Source: Octopus bimaculoides
Taxonomy: Eukaryota
DNA: 35,768 bases
Assembly (NCBI RefSeq): GCF_001194135.2
Contig: NC_068984.1
Coordinates: forward strand, 43,920,042 to 43,955,809
Reading direction: 5' to 3'
Shown here: positions 24,723 to 35,768 of the stretch, one piece after another
How the letters are laid out: the number at the start of each line of letters is the position of its first letter
Numbering within the stretch: the first letter of the stretch is position 1
Notes under the pieces: model-generated
The model's database searches: none
The model's input: only the letters and a program-made list of their open reading frames with translations
What the model was told of the DNA's origin: nothing
Position numbers and translations under genes: made by a program

Positions 24723-24785
24723 GGTCTCCCCTGATACTGTCACATACTGTGAAATTTTAAAGTTACGTCAAAAATTTCAAATTTG
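24723..24785 (+). CDS. Candidate 63-nt phase 2-2 exon
   Basis: Strong acceptor CTGTTTCTCTACTTTTGTAG, donor TG|GTACAT; one open frame VSPDTVTYCEILKLRQKFQI. Confidence 0.2.
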
Positions 24786-25009
24786 GTACATTGAAATAAT
24801 TTTCCACATTAAATCAGATTTTGTTATTTATTTGTTCGAGAAAAATTTCAGAAAAATCTTACTGAGGTTTAAAATTTAATTGATTTTACCTAATCAGAAA
24901 ACAAGATTTGGAAGCTGGTATATTCAGCATAATAGTTGTCTATCACAAAATGAAAGCAAAATCATTACGAAGGGGAATTTTTATCAAATAAACGAAAGCA
25001 AAGCATTAC

Positions 25010-25265
25010 AACGACCAAAGTTGGAAGAACCTCTGAAGTTCTAATAAGTTTTAATGAATAAAGTCATGTTAAACGGTCGAACAGACATAAAAGTAATTTA
25101 AAAGGGAAAAAATCCTCAACGATGTTTTTTGCGAAAAATTGCAAAAATCTGCCCTGATAAAGAAGCCTATCTGTCGGGGTAGATATGGTATGATATGGAA
25201 TAAGCAAAAAGTTATATAAGACATTCTATTGTAAAAGTTGCCCAGCAACAACGGGTTATTCAGCT
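25010..25265 (+). pseudogene. Possible decayed piggyBac transposase C-terminus (cysteine-rich domain)
   Basis: Frameshifted peptides TTKVGRTSEV..., KGKNPQRC and KTFYCKSCPATTG resemble the piggyBac CRD pattern (NPxRRCxxC...TxYxCxxCP...GLC). Motifs are incomplete. Confidence 0.3.
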
Positions 25266-25287
25266 AGTGTATATATATATATATATA

Positions 25288-25694
25288 NNNNNNNNNNNNN
25301 NNNNNNNNNNNNNNNNNNNNNNNNNNNNNNNNNNNNNNNNNNNNNNNNNNNNNNNNNNNNNNNNNNNNNNNNNNNNNNNNNNNNNNNNNNNNNNNNNNNN
25401 NNNNNNNNNNNNNNNNNNNNNNNNNNNNNNNNNNNNNNNNNNNNNNNNNNNNNNNNNNNNNNNNNNNNNNNNNNNNNNNNNNNNNNNNNNNNNNNNNNNN
25501 NNNNNNNNNNNNNNNNNNNNNNNNNNNNNNNNNNNNNNNNNNNNNNNNNNNNNNNNNNNNNNNNNNNNNNNNNNNNNNNNNNNNNNNNNNNNNNNNNNNN
25601 NNNNNNNNNNNNNNNNNNNNNNNNNNNNNNNNNNNNNNNNNNNNNNNNNNNNNNNNNNNNNNNNNNNNNNNNNNNNNNNNNNNNNNNNNNNNNN
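25288..25694. other. Assembly gap (N run)
   Basis: N run. Confidence 1.
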
Positions 25695-25829
25695 CAGGCT
25701 AGTAATTGATTCTAGACAAAAGTTTTAACTGTCTCAGAATTCTATTGTTTCTTATCTAGTGGTGATAGCAAAGGGACAATTACTTCTAAAGAGAGGGAAG
25801 GTGTAAGCAGTATGCATGGGCAAGGCTAT

Positions 25830-25832
25830 AAA

Positions 25833-25863
<31 letters not shown>

Positions 25864-25932
25864 TATATGTGTGTGTGTGTGTGTGTGCGTGTGTGTGTGT
25901 GTGTGTGTGCGTGTCTGTGTGTATGTATATGC

Positions 25933-25966
<34 letters not shown>

Positions 25967-26045
25967 ACATATATATATTTCTATATCTATATATATAAAT
26001 ATAAATGTGTGTATGTGTGCGTGTGCACGTGTATACACACACACA
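25830..26045. repeat. (AT)n/(GT)n compound microsatellite field
   Basis: Directly visible. Confidence 0.9.
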
Positions 26046-26334
26046 TACCGTGTGTACAGTTAGATTTACGACTACTACTCTTTGAATTAAATCTCCCATG
26101 TAGACTATCATTATGCAGTCAGCTTCCAGTATAGTGGTTATAAATTATCTCTCCATGTCTGATGCCAGGTATTAGGTCTCTGTTACAGAATGCAATAAAG
26201 CGCTCCCCTGATGATGCATTGCGGTTAAGCATCCAAATGCACTTGGAACATCCAATGTTGAGTTTCAAATGACTAGAATTGTGAAACGTACTGAGGGACT
26301 AAATATTTATATTCGCCTTTTCCTTAATTTTCCA

Positions 26335-26419
26335 GTATGTATGTATGTATGTATGTATGTATGTATGTGTGTATGTGTGTATGCTTGCATCCATGCATCC
26401 ATGTGTGTATGTATGTGTG

Positions 26420-26478
<59 letters not shown>

Positions 26479-26481
26479 ATA
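26335..26481. repeat. (ATGT)n/(ATCT)n microsatellites
   Basis: Directly visible. Confidence 0.9.
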
Positions 26482-26671
26482 NNNNNNNNNNNNNNNNNNN
26501 NNNNNNNNNNNNNNNNNNNNNNNNNNNNNNNNNNNNNNNNNNNNNNNNNNNNNNNNNNNNNNNNNNNNNNNNNNNNNNNNNNNNNNNNNNNNNNNNNNNN
26601 NNNNNNNNNNNNNNNNNNNNNNNNNNNNNNNNNNNNNNNNNNNNNNNNNNNNNNNNNNNNNNNNNNNNNNN
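26482..26671. other. Assembly gap (N run)
   Basis: N run. Confidence 1.
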
Positions 26672-27105
26672 TATATTTATATTTATATTTATATTTGTAC
26701 TGTATATGTATTAAAAATCGTGCTTGACTCCGCTTCATAAAAGAGACATGAAACTTTGTGGAAGGCAATTAGCAGAACTTAGGATAATATATTTGCCGTA
26801 GATATTTGAAGAGAGTCACATACTCCTGGTCTAGTAATTTAATATTTTGTACATTAAGGTAAGTTTACATGAAATACTGCATTTGGTAGCCATGGGAAGA
26901 TGTCAATAGGCATTACAGATTAAGGTATAAAATAACAACTATCAAGTTTACTAGTCGGTAAACTTATGTCGAGAATACAATTGAAGAATCACTTAAAATA
27001 TGATATCTTCTCGGTATGTCGGATTATAATTGAGAATAAAATTTCAAATAGGAGAATCTGAAATCTAGCCCGCATCACTATTCGATATGAATAGATTAAT
27101 ATTAG

Positions 27106-27109
<4 letters not shown>

Positions 27110-27146
<37 letters not shown>

Positions 27147-27170
27147 ACACACACGTTTGGATAGATAGAT

Positions 27171-27205
<35 letters not shown>
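27110..27205. repeat. (AT)n and (GA)n microsatellites
   Basis: Directly visible. Confidence 0.9.
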
Positions 27206-28549
27206 GATAGGTTGACAGACATTTTGTCTATTTATATATGAGTATGCATGTGTATGCATGTATTTATATAGATATATTTATATATATATAGATGTATTTA
27301 TATAGATATATACATGGAGGATATATGAAATAATATCATGTATGAGGCGAATTTTTAGCGCAAATTGCCAGTATCGAGAAAATTCTTATGTACATTTAAT
27401 TGGAGAAAATATTTTAACGTTTTATGGTATTTCGAACCAGAATTCAAAATTGAAAAATACTTATTTTGCTTGCCGCAAAAGTAACGGGAAATACCACCAC
27501 AAAACTCATATTGCAAAGTTAATGCTATGTTGTTTTAGCTGAATATGCAACAGTAGTTATTTTAAAAAGATATTGGTTTTAGTAATGAAGTCGAAAATTT
27601 TCAGCATACTATTAAAGTGAAAAATGAGCTTAAAACAACATCTGTATTTTAATTAACATGCAAATTTAAATTAATTAACTTTAAAGAGTTTTGGGGAAGT
27701 TATGTGAGGACTGATGAATCAAGAATCTATTTCTAAGAAAAATAAACAAATGACAAAATGATAGTCATATATATTGCTGACGAATTGAAAAGGAAAAACC
27801 GAAACACAAATAAAATTTTGAAATACGTATATCTTTGCGAGTGCCATAAATAAGGAAATATATGTGCAAATATGCTTCAGAACAGGATTTACATACTATA
27901 TAAATATATATTATATATTCCTTACAAAAGCAATTACTGATTGTTATCGACAAAAGATTCTCATTAGAATTAATTATATCATAAAAGAATGTGTGTGTAT
28001 GTGTGATGTGTGTGTGCATGTGTGTGTGTGTGTGTGCGTGCGTATACACACGCGCATATATATATATATATATATATGTGTATATGTAGGTATGTATGTA
28101 TATAAATAATTAAAATTAGAATGGGAATACGTAAAACTTAATCAGGAATTTGGCGAAATAACTGATAGTTTAGAAACAATATGAACTATAAAAGTGATCA
28201 GAGATGTTTTGCAGAGATATGAATATTTTAAGGTAAATTTTTCCAAAATAAACTTTCTTGGGTAAGCAATAGGTAAAGAAGCATCCATTTAAGGTGCGTG
28301 CGGGCAATTAAGAACGGGGAAATTTTAGAACATTCGCTGTGAAAAAAAAAAAAAAAAGAAAATTATCATCCTTAAGAAAAATAATACTCTTATGTATATA
28401 TTAAAGATAGATTTAAAAAGATACATATACGAAGATAGATTTTAAATGGCTGTGGTTTTTGGTGTTCACGTAATACGTCTATTGACTTATGATGTCGTAC
28501 ATTTATGTGTATGTGTGTATCTGTGTGTGTTCTCGTGCATATGTGAATA

Positions 28550-28628
28550 ATGTATACACACACACATGTATACACACACACATGTATACACACACACATG
28601 TATACACACACACATGTATACAGACACA
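28550..28628. repeat. 16-nt higher-order tandem repeat ATGTATACACACACAC, 4 perfect copies plus a partial
   Basis: Units at 28550, 28566, 28582 and 28598; partial at 28614. Confidence 0.9.
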
Positions 28629-29872
28629 TCTCAGCGATGCATATAAATATATAATTTGGCTAGTCGAAACAGTAATTCGTCTGTAATGTCATTACAAAGT
28701 TATATTACGAAACATGCATCAACATGTTGTTGCATGTTTTCTGATAAAATTCAAAACGGCTAACAAATACTAGCGATTATTGAAACTTCGTTTCAGACTG
28801 TTTGGTTTCGGATGATTGAAATAATTTTTATATACTCTGCCACCTGCATTGAGTACTTTTCTCCCGGTCATTAACATTATATATATATATATATATGGAC
28901 ATACATGCATGCATATATATTTACACATTCATTTACTCACGCGCGAACATATATATGCGCGCACACTCGCGCGTAACCATATATCTTCAGGATGTTGGCT
29001 CTCACGCATGCCTAAATCCGTTTATAGCTTACAATTTCATTCACTTCATGACCAGGTGGTAATAGTTAATGTTTAGATATTTCTACTCGCTGAACATTGA
29101 AAGAAATTTGATGCCAATGATATGGTTTCTTATGGGTACTAAACGTAATTACGTGGTCTCAGATTTATGCATTTGATACACTCTTTCCTGATGTAATAGC
29201 AATAACAACAACGATAGCAACAATAAGTTAATAAATGCAAAAATAAATAGATGCGCTATTTTAATTAACATAATTTCACCTAATTATAAATTCTTTCATT
29301 CGTGCAAGATGGTGGAACAGTATCAGTAAATGTCTCTTTATTTGTTCATTTGCTGTTGTGTGGTCTGGTCTCTGAGAAGGTAAATTTCTCATTTCAATTC
29401 TCTGGCTGTCTCCGTTTTGCAGCACTATATTAAATGATCACAAATAAAACATAATCTACCAATAAACACATGGGATTGTCGGCTATAGGCTAATCTTAAA
29501 CTTATAGTCTTTAATTTCTGAACTAATTCAAGTCAATAGTATTTAGTGCATTCCGTAACTTCCCCCGCCCTTCTATTTTTCTTTCTCTCTCTGTCTCTGC
29601 CTATCTGTCAGTCTCCCTCTCTCACACACACATACTCATGTGTTTTTGTATGAATGTAAATGTATGTGTGTCCGTCTACCCTCTTTCCGAACCGCACGTG
29701 GCCTGCTTTTTGGACTTTCCTGTTTCCGACGAAGAAGTATACTCGAAACATCTCTTTTCTTTCACCGATCGTCAAATTAATATATTGCTTGGGCAAGTCC
29801 TCGCGTTTGTTCTTCTCTTTCTTTCATTTTTGTTCTGTTTTTTCCGTTCTTTGAATTGATGATATATATATA

Positions 29873-30166
29873 NNNNNNNNNNNNNNNNNNNNNNNNNNNN
29901 NNNNNNNNNNNNNNNNNNNNNNNNNNNNNNNNNNNNNNNNNNNNNNNNNNNNNNNNNNNNNNNNNNNNNNNNNNNNNNNNNNNNNNNNNNNNNNNNNNNN
30001 NNNNNNNNNNNNNNNNNNNNNNNNNNNNNNNNNNNNNNNNNNNNNNNNNNNNNNNNNNNNNNNNNNNNNNNNNNNNNNNNNNNNNNNNNNNNNNNNNNNN
30101 NNNNNNNNNNNNNNNNNNNNNNNNNNNNNNNNNNNNNNNNNNNNNNNNNNNNNNNNNNNNNNNNNN
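29873..30166. other. Assembly gap (N run)
   Basis: N run. Confidence 1.
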
Positions 30167-30300
30167 TACATCGACCGCAGTGCGTAACTGGTACTTATTT
30201 AATCAACCCCGAAAGGATGAAAGGCAAAGTCGACCTCGGCGGAATTTGAACTCAGAACGTAGCGGCAGACGAAATACCGCTAAGCATTTCGCCCGGCGTG

Positions 30301-30302
<2 letters not shown>
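30167..30302 (-). mobile_element. SINE family A, young copy (tail in gap, head replaced by (CA)n)
   Basis: By-eye alignment to 8775-8905 shows about 4 substitutions and one 6-nt indel. Confidence 0.92.
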
Positions 30303-30339
<37 letters not shown>

Positions 30340-30420
30340 CGCGTGCGTGCGTGTGTGTGCGTGTGTGTCTATGTGTGTGTGTGAGTGTATATGTGCGTGT
30401 ATGTGTTTGCATGTATGTGT
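30303..30420. repeat. (GT)n microsatellite
   Basis: Directly visible. Confidence 0.9.
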
Positions 30421-30737
30421 ACCTCTGTCTCCTTGTGTGAAGTGAAGTGTGTGTATATATGATTACGTGTTTCAGCCTTCATTTGCGATTATATGCGTGT
30501 ATGTATGCTTGTCTGTTCATATTACCAATGTACTTATCCGTCTGTCTGTCTATCTGTTTACATTCAATAAATAAGAAAATGAGTGGAAACTTTACCGGTG
30601 AGCGTGTTAAATAAGGCACTAAAAGAGAATGACTCTCCCTAGACACAATAAAATATGCTTCAATACACGAACTCACATAAAGAATCTTGCAAACCACATC
30701 TATAAACGATGTATATATGTGTGTTTGTGTGTATCAA

Positions 30738-31127
30738 TTCTTTTATTCTTTTACTTGTTTCAGTCATTTGATTACGGCCACATTGGAGCACCGCCTTAAA
30801 GGCTGTTTTAGTCGAAGAATTCGATCCCATGACTTATTTTTTGTAAGCCTAGTACATATTCTGTAAATCTCTTTTGCCGAACCGCTAAGTTAAGGGGATG
30901 TAAACGCACCAACATTAGTCGTCAAGCGATAGTGGTTGGAAGACAACCAGACTGATAGACAGACACGTACACATATACCACGGGCTTCTTTCAGTTTCCG
31001 TCAACGAAATCCACTCACAAAGCTTTGGTCTGCCCGAGGTTATAGTAGAAGACACTTGCCCAAGGTGCCCCGTAGTGAGACTGAACCCGGAGCCATGTGG
31101 TTGGGAAGCAAGCCATTTACTACACAA

Positions 31128-31130
<3 letters not shown>
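30738..31130 (-). mobile_element. tRNA-derived CORE-type SINE (family B), near full length
   Basis: Minus strand: A-box-like TGGTTGTGTAGTAA, B-box-like GGGTTCAGTCTC, CORE-like CACCTTGGGCAAGTGTCTT (31049-31068), an internal microsatellite-like stretch and a 3' end GACTGAAACAAGTAAAAGAATAAAAGAA. Confidence 0.8.
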
Positions 31131-31179
<49 letters not shown>

Positions 31180-31190
31180 GAGAGAAGAGA
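31131..31190. repeat. (GA)n(GACA)n microsatellite
   Basis: Directly visible. Confidence 0.9.
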
Positions 31191-31222
31191 TACAGCGAAA
31201 GAAAGAAGTCAAATGATATAAT

Positions 31223-31397
31223 CTTTTCTACTGTAGGCACAAGGCCCGAAATGTTGGCGAGGAGACCACTCGGTTAGATCGACTCCAGTACGCAACTACT
31301 ACTTAATTTATCGACCCCCAAAAGATGTAAAGGCAAAGTCGACCTCGGTGGAATTTCAACTCTGACCGTAAAGACAGATGAAATATCTCTAAGCCTT
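31223..31397 (-). mobile_element. SINE family A, tail beta, 5'-truncated
   Basis: Reverse complement contains GAGTTGAAATTCCACCGAGGTCGACTTTGCC and ends GGGCCTTGTGCCTACAGTAGAAAAG. Confidence 0.85.
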
Positions 31398-33200
31398 TCT
31401 AATATAGACATGACAACAAACTTCTTCAACAACACTAAGATATAATTACAACGCACATTTCTTATTCACTAATACTCATAGATACAGCTCTCAAACCTTC
31501 CCCATATCCCAAGTTTCAAAATTACTGGTTATCTCGCATAGTTACTTCACGGTTATAACGTTCCAAAAACTGTTTCACGAAACCTAAACTCTCTAATCAA
31601 GGTTCCAAACTATACTCTAGGATCGTCTACACTCTGGTATTCTAATCATTGTATTATTATTCCTATTGGCATAGGAATAATATCTGTCAAGTGCCACTAT
31701 GTTGAAGTATTATTCCTATTGTGATAGTATTACTACTACATGCTGCATGTATCCCAAAAGACTATTTGCTTGACTGACATAAACTCATTCACTGGCACAA
31801 CCAGTATGACAAAGAAGGGATGTTTATTCTCTGCCCATTTATCACCCTACAAGGTCATCAGACGACAGTCAGTCATGTTGTACATCAACCATAAGCATTT
31901 CCTGCTGGACTTGGTTAGATCAATGATGCGTATGGCTGTATAGTTATTATGTTCACTTCCCAACTGCAACTACGTGGTTTTTCAATTCGATGCCACTGTG
32001 TTGCACCTTGAGGTCAAAACCTGTTGAGTGAGATTTGTTAGGTGCAAAATGTTTCTGTTTTGGAATAGTAGACTTAGTCCTTCATACAAATTAATGTCCC
32101 CACCTGTCCCTTTGGTAGTTTTAGCAGAGTTCACGTTGTTACAAACGTTCGAACTAAATATTTGCTCTAGGTATAATTTCCTGCGATCTTTACACCGGTC
32201 ACAGGCCCTGAGAAGATTGATTGGTGCTAACCATACTGCTCTAACTAAACTATTAGAAATGGCATTCTCTTTGGTTCTTTTCACGAAATAATTACAATAA
32301 TTTACAATTTTTTTCCGACGAAATAGTAAAAACTTATTTTATATATCTTCTAGTACAAGTTATCTGATGTACAAATATCACGTGTCTTCTACAAATCTAT
32401 CGACACGAATGCTCGTTATGCTTAGAGTGCTGCAGCATTGATTTGTTTCTGCCTGCAGTATCTATACGTAAGCATGTGTACTCGAATGACTGAGAATTAA
32501 ATGCCACACTTTGAGCACGAGCAAATCGTTGTGTCCACCATCAATACACACACACACATGTGTGTACATATATATATAAAACTGAATATACACTTCTATC
32601 ATTCAGCTGATTTTACCGTGTGATTCAGCTGCCTGGGTTCTCATAACAATATTTCATTGGTATTTATATCCTGAACATCGAAAGAATGAAAGGTATTAAA
32701 GATTGAATGCCATTCGTCTTTGAATTCAAGCAGGAAAAACCACAAAACAACAACAGTCCATCAACAGCATAAAGTGTAATCTCACTTTCTCATCTTTTTT
32801 TGGAAGCTAATTCAAGGAATATACCAGTAAGGAATTAAGGACAATTAAAAGACAACAAGAACAAATTCGCTGTTATTTCTTAAATTGGAGAGAACAGTAG
32901 TCCTAATTAGATACTGATTTCCATGGCGACATCAAGTATTTCAGGAAGTTGGAAGAATCCTGTTACTGACATGGAACTAATTTGAAGTGGCGTCCACTCC
33001 GATGCCTTGTTTCAGAATATTCGTTAGAGATGATACATCACACTAATTTGGATACAGAGTGTGGAGCTCGCTTAAAATAGAAAGAAGAGGAGCACGAAGA
33101 GGAGGATGAGAAATAAGAAATGAAAAACAAAAAAGTTTCAAAAACATCACGAGCCACCTCAGTAACAACACTTACAACTAACAGCAGAAAGTTACAACAA

Positions 33201-33217
33201 TGACGATGACGATGACA

Positions 33218-33305
<88 letters not shown>

Positions 33306-33312
33306 TAATAAT
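33201..33312. repeat. (GAT)n(AAT)n microsatellite, forming the tail of the adjacent minus-strand SINE
   Basis: Directly abuts GGTTTCAAATTTTG at 33313. Confidence 0.9.
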
Positions 33313-33525
33313 GGTTTCAAATTTTGTCACAAGGGCAGCAATTCTAGGGAGGGGATAAGTGGATTACGTTGACCCCAGTGTTCAACTAGTACTTCATTTA
33401 TCGTCCTCGAAAAGATGAAAGGCCAAATCGATCTCTGCTAAATTTGAACTCAGAGTGTAACGGCAGACGAAATATTGCTAAGCATTTCGCCCAGCGTGCT
33501 AACGATTCTGTCAGCACGCAGCCTT
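33313..33525 (-). mobile_element. SINE family A, full length, tail gamma
   Basis: Reverse complement has head AAGGCTGCGTGCTGACAGAATCGTTAGCACGC, B box GAGTTCAAATT and tail CCTTGTGACAAAATTTGAAACC. Confidence 0.88.
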
Positions 33526-33547
33526 AGATAAGGATAATAGGAACAGC

Positions 33548-33585
33548 ATCAACAACAACAGCAACAACAACAACAACAACAACAA

Positions 33586-33619
<34 letters not shown>

Positions 33620-33640
33620 AATAATAATAATAATGATAAT
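33548..33640. repeat. (CAA)n(TAA)n microsatellite, forming the tail of the adjacent minus-strand SINE
   Basis: Directly visible; abuts 33641. Confidence 0.9.
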
Positions 33641-33805
33641 CCTTTCTATAATAGGCACAAGGCCTGAAATTTGGGGTAGGGGAATAGTCGATTACACCGA
33701 CCCCAATACTCAACTGGTAATTAATTAATTGACCCTGAAAGGATGAAAGACAAAGTCGACCTTGGCGGAATTCGAACTCAGAACGTAGCGGTAGACGAAA
33801 TACTG
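33641..33805 (-). mobile_element. SINE family A, tail beta, 5'-truncated
   Basis: Reverse complement contains GAGTTCGAATTCCGCCAAGGTCGACTTTG and ends TTTCAGGCCTTGTGCCTATTATAGAAAGG. Confidence 0.88.
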
Positions 33806-34172
33806 TCAGATCGGTGTCCTAAATAAGGATAATTGTAGCGGTGAAACCGTTGGGCATATTACCAGCCAATGTACGCCACTAGCCCAGAAGGAATATAAGA
33901 GACGTCACGACAATATAGCCAGGCTTGTCCATTGGACACTTTGCAACAAGTATGGAATTGACTGACAGAGCAAAAAATTGGTACGACCACAAACCTGAAG
34001 GCATCGTCGAAAATAGAAATGCAAAGATTCTGTGGGATTTTATGATTCAGTGCGACCATGAGATATAGACTAGGAAACCGGAATAGTCTTAATTGAAATA
34101 GAAAACAAACTATGCTGGATCATAGATATAGCATGCCCAGCTGACAATAAGGTATGCGATAAGGAAGACTGA
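33806..34172 (+). pseudogene. Dong/R4-clade LINE fragment 1 (CCHC knuckle end, RHD motif, start of RLE domain)
   Basis: GETVGHITSQCTPLAQKEYKRRHDNIARLVHWTLC, then after a frameshift NWYDHKPEGIVENRNAKILWDFMIQCDHEI*TRKP and CWIIDIACPADNKV; truncated at both ends. Confidence 0.88.
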
Positions 34173-34173
34173 A

Positions 34174-34194
34174 AATAATAATAATAATAATAAT
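34174..34194 (+). repeat. (AAT)7 between two Dong fragments
   Basis: Directly visible. Confidence 0.95.
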
Positions 34195-34859
34195 CATACG
34201 TCAACACTACTGACAGGGACACATGGAGAATGTGTGGTGAGAAGGGGTGAAACGGTATGGCACATCGTTAGCGAATGCCAGAAATTGGTACAACGCAAAT
34301 ACAAAAGACGGCGTGACAATGTGGCAAGAACTCATTCGGAGCTCTGTGGAAATCCCGGCCTACAAAGAGCAAAGACGTGGCATGAGCAAACCGCAGAAGG
34401 AGTCACCGAAAATGAAAATTGCAAAATCCTGTGGGATGCAATGATTCATTGCGATCATCTGACCAGACATCGGAAACCGAACATTGTTGTGGTGAATAAA
34501 AAAGAAAGAACAGGCATGATAATTTACAGAGCATGTCCCAGAGACAGACAACAGGATCAAAGAGAAAGAAGAAAAATAAACGACTATGACGATTTGGAGT
34601 GGGGAATACGAAGAATATAGTTAACGAGGAGAGTAGACGTGGTACCACTAGTAATTGGAACACTCGGAAATATCAGCACGTAGCTACCAACATGGCTGAA
34701 AATGATTGGTGCAAATGTAAAGGTAGAACACCTAGAAAAATCAGCATTGCTTGGAACTGCAAGAATTCTTCGCAGGGCTCTTGAAGCATGGCCAATAAAC
34801 AAGTGTCACCTTAGTCTGCTCACTGTGGGACAGCTGACATTTTGAATCATACCTAGCAA
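34195..34859 (+). pseudogene. Dong/R4-clade LINE fragment 2 (CCHC knuckle, RLE domain, C-terminus and 3' UTR)
   Basis: WRMCGEKG/GETVWHIVSEC, YKRRRDNVA, KILWDAMIHCDH..HRKPNIVV, VVPLVIGTLG and LEKSALLGTARILRRALE, with stops and a frameshift. Confidence 0.9.
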
Positions 34860-34865
34860 AATAAT

Positions 34866-35020
34866 GGTTTCAAATTTTGACGCAAAACCACAAGCCAATT
34901 TAGGGGGAACGGAGGTAAGCCGATTACATCGATTCCAGTGCTCAGCTGTAATTTATCGATCCGAAAGAATGAAAAGCAATGTCGATCTGACCGGAAATAG
35001 AACTCAGAATGTAAAGAGCC
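34866..35020 (-). mobile_element. SINE family A, degenerate, tail gamma
   Basis: Starts GGTTTCAAATTTTG like the 33313 copy; body recognisable (ATCGAT...GAAAGAATGAAA...GAACTCAGAA). Confidence 0.75.
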
Positions 35021-35099
35021 TGAAAAAAATTACACTAAAATTGTTCTCAATGCTCTATCAACCATAGAAACATAGTTAAAATTCGGAGGTGCTGGTTGC

Positions 35100-35240
35100 T
35101 TAAATCGCCTTTATCATTTGATTATATTCTATCGACTCCGGAGAGATAGAAGGCAAAATTAACTTCGGCGGGATTTGAACACAGAACTTCAAAAACTGAA
35201 ACAAATATATATTCTGTCTGACGCTGTGACGATTCAGCTT
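35100..35240 (-). mobile_element. Old SINE family A remnant
   Basis: TATCGACTCCGGAGAGATAGAAGGCAAAATTAACTTCGGCGGGATTTGAACACAGAAC matches the family A body in reverse. Confidence 0.6.
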
Positions 35241-35768
35241 AAACACTGCTCTTAATGCAGATCTTCTGAGTGGAAGACTATATGATGGGAAGCTAAGCGT
35301 GAACACTTAGGTTAAGGAAACCATAACGGTGAATAATCATCAATAAATCTTAATATATAAATCTGAAATTGTGTGTTTGTGTGAAGCCTTTTTGAATGTT
35401 TATAGAAATCCACATTTTCCACTTTTTCGTAAAAATTTTTACATCAATGGAATTTTCTCGATCTGAACTTTCCAGTGCAGTAATTAGATTTTTTAAATTC
35501 CATTTACTTTGTGTGATTTAAGGGAGATTTGGCTGTTGTTTCTAGCAACTTTTATATTTCATCCCTGCTACCTGGAACGCCATTCTTACACACGCGCTCA
35601 ACATGAAAATATAGAGAGTAAAAGTAAAAGAGGGAGAGGGAGAGAGAGAGAAAGTGATACATACAACGTGATAGATTAAACTTTCATCTCAGTATTCTTT
35701 ACCTATTTTTCATAACATAGATACGTAAAAACACACACAACCACACATACTTGACCTGTGACAACAAC

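Noticed and set aside
24723-24760. VSPDTVTY resembling a PPR-repeat motif
   Set aside because: An eight-residue resemblance only, in an unconfirmed exon.
32917-32930. RFX X-box-like ATTTCCATGGCGAC
   Set aside because: A single imperfect motif with no nearby promoter evidence.
35348-35385. Helitron-like 5' end (A|TCTTAATATATAAATCTGAAATTGTGTG)
   Set aside because: No matching 3' hairpin plus CTRR end could be located; the resemblance is too short.

Overview
AT-rich, microsatellite-dense metazoan draft-assembly sequence with nine N gaps. The repeat content points to an octopus (coleoid cephalopod) genome; this is an inference from the SINE/LINE types. No intact protein-coding gene is visible, and most ORFs in the track are artefacts of N runs and simple repeats. 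The window is dominated by retroelements. It holds about 12 copies of one tRNA-derived SINE body carrying three different 3' tails, a CORE-like SINE, another tRNA-derived SINE, and a V/Meta-like SINE fragment. It also holds three Dong/R4-clade (restriction-like endonuclease) LINE fragments, an RTE-clade LINE 3' end, a probable L1/Tx1-like LINE 3' end, a hAT MITE with an 8-bp TSD and a possible piggyBac remnant. The most interesting patterns are: (i) one SINE tail matches the 3' end of the Tx1-like LINE in the same window; (ii) several Dong fragments, the Tx1-like LINE and several SINEs abut (AAT/ATT)n tracts, in opposite element orientations; (iii) SINE copies are stacked head-to-tail. A few short plus-strand exon candidates exist but are unconfirmed.
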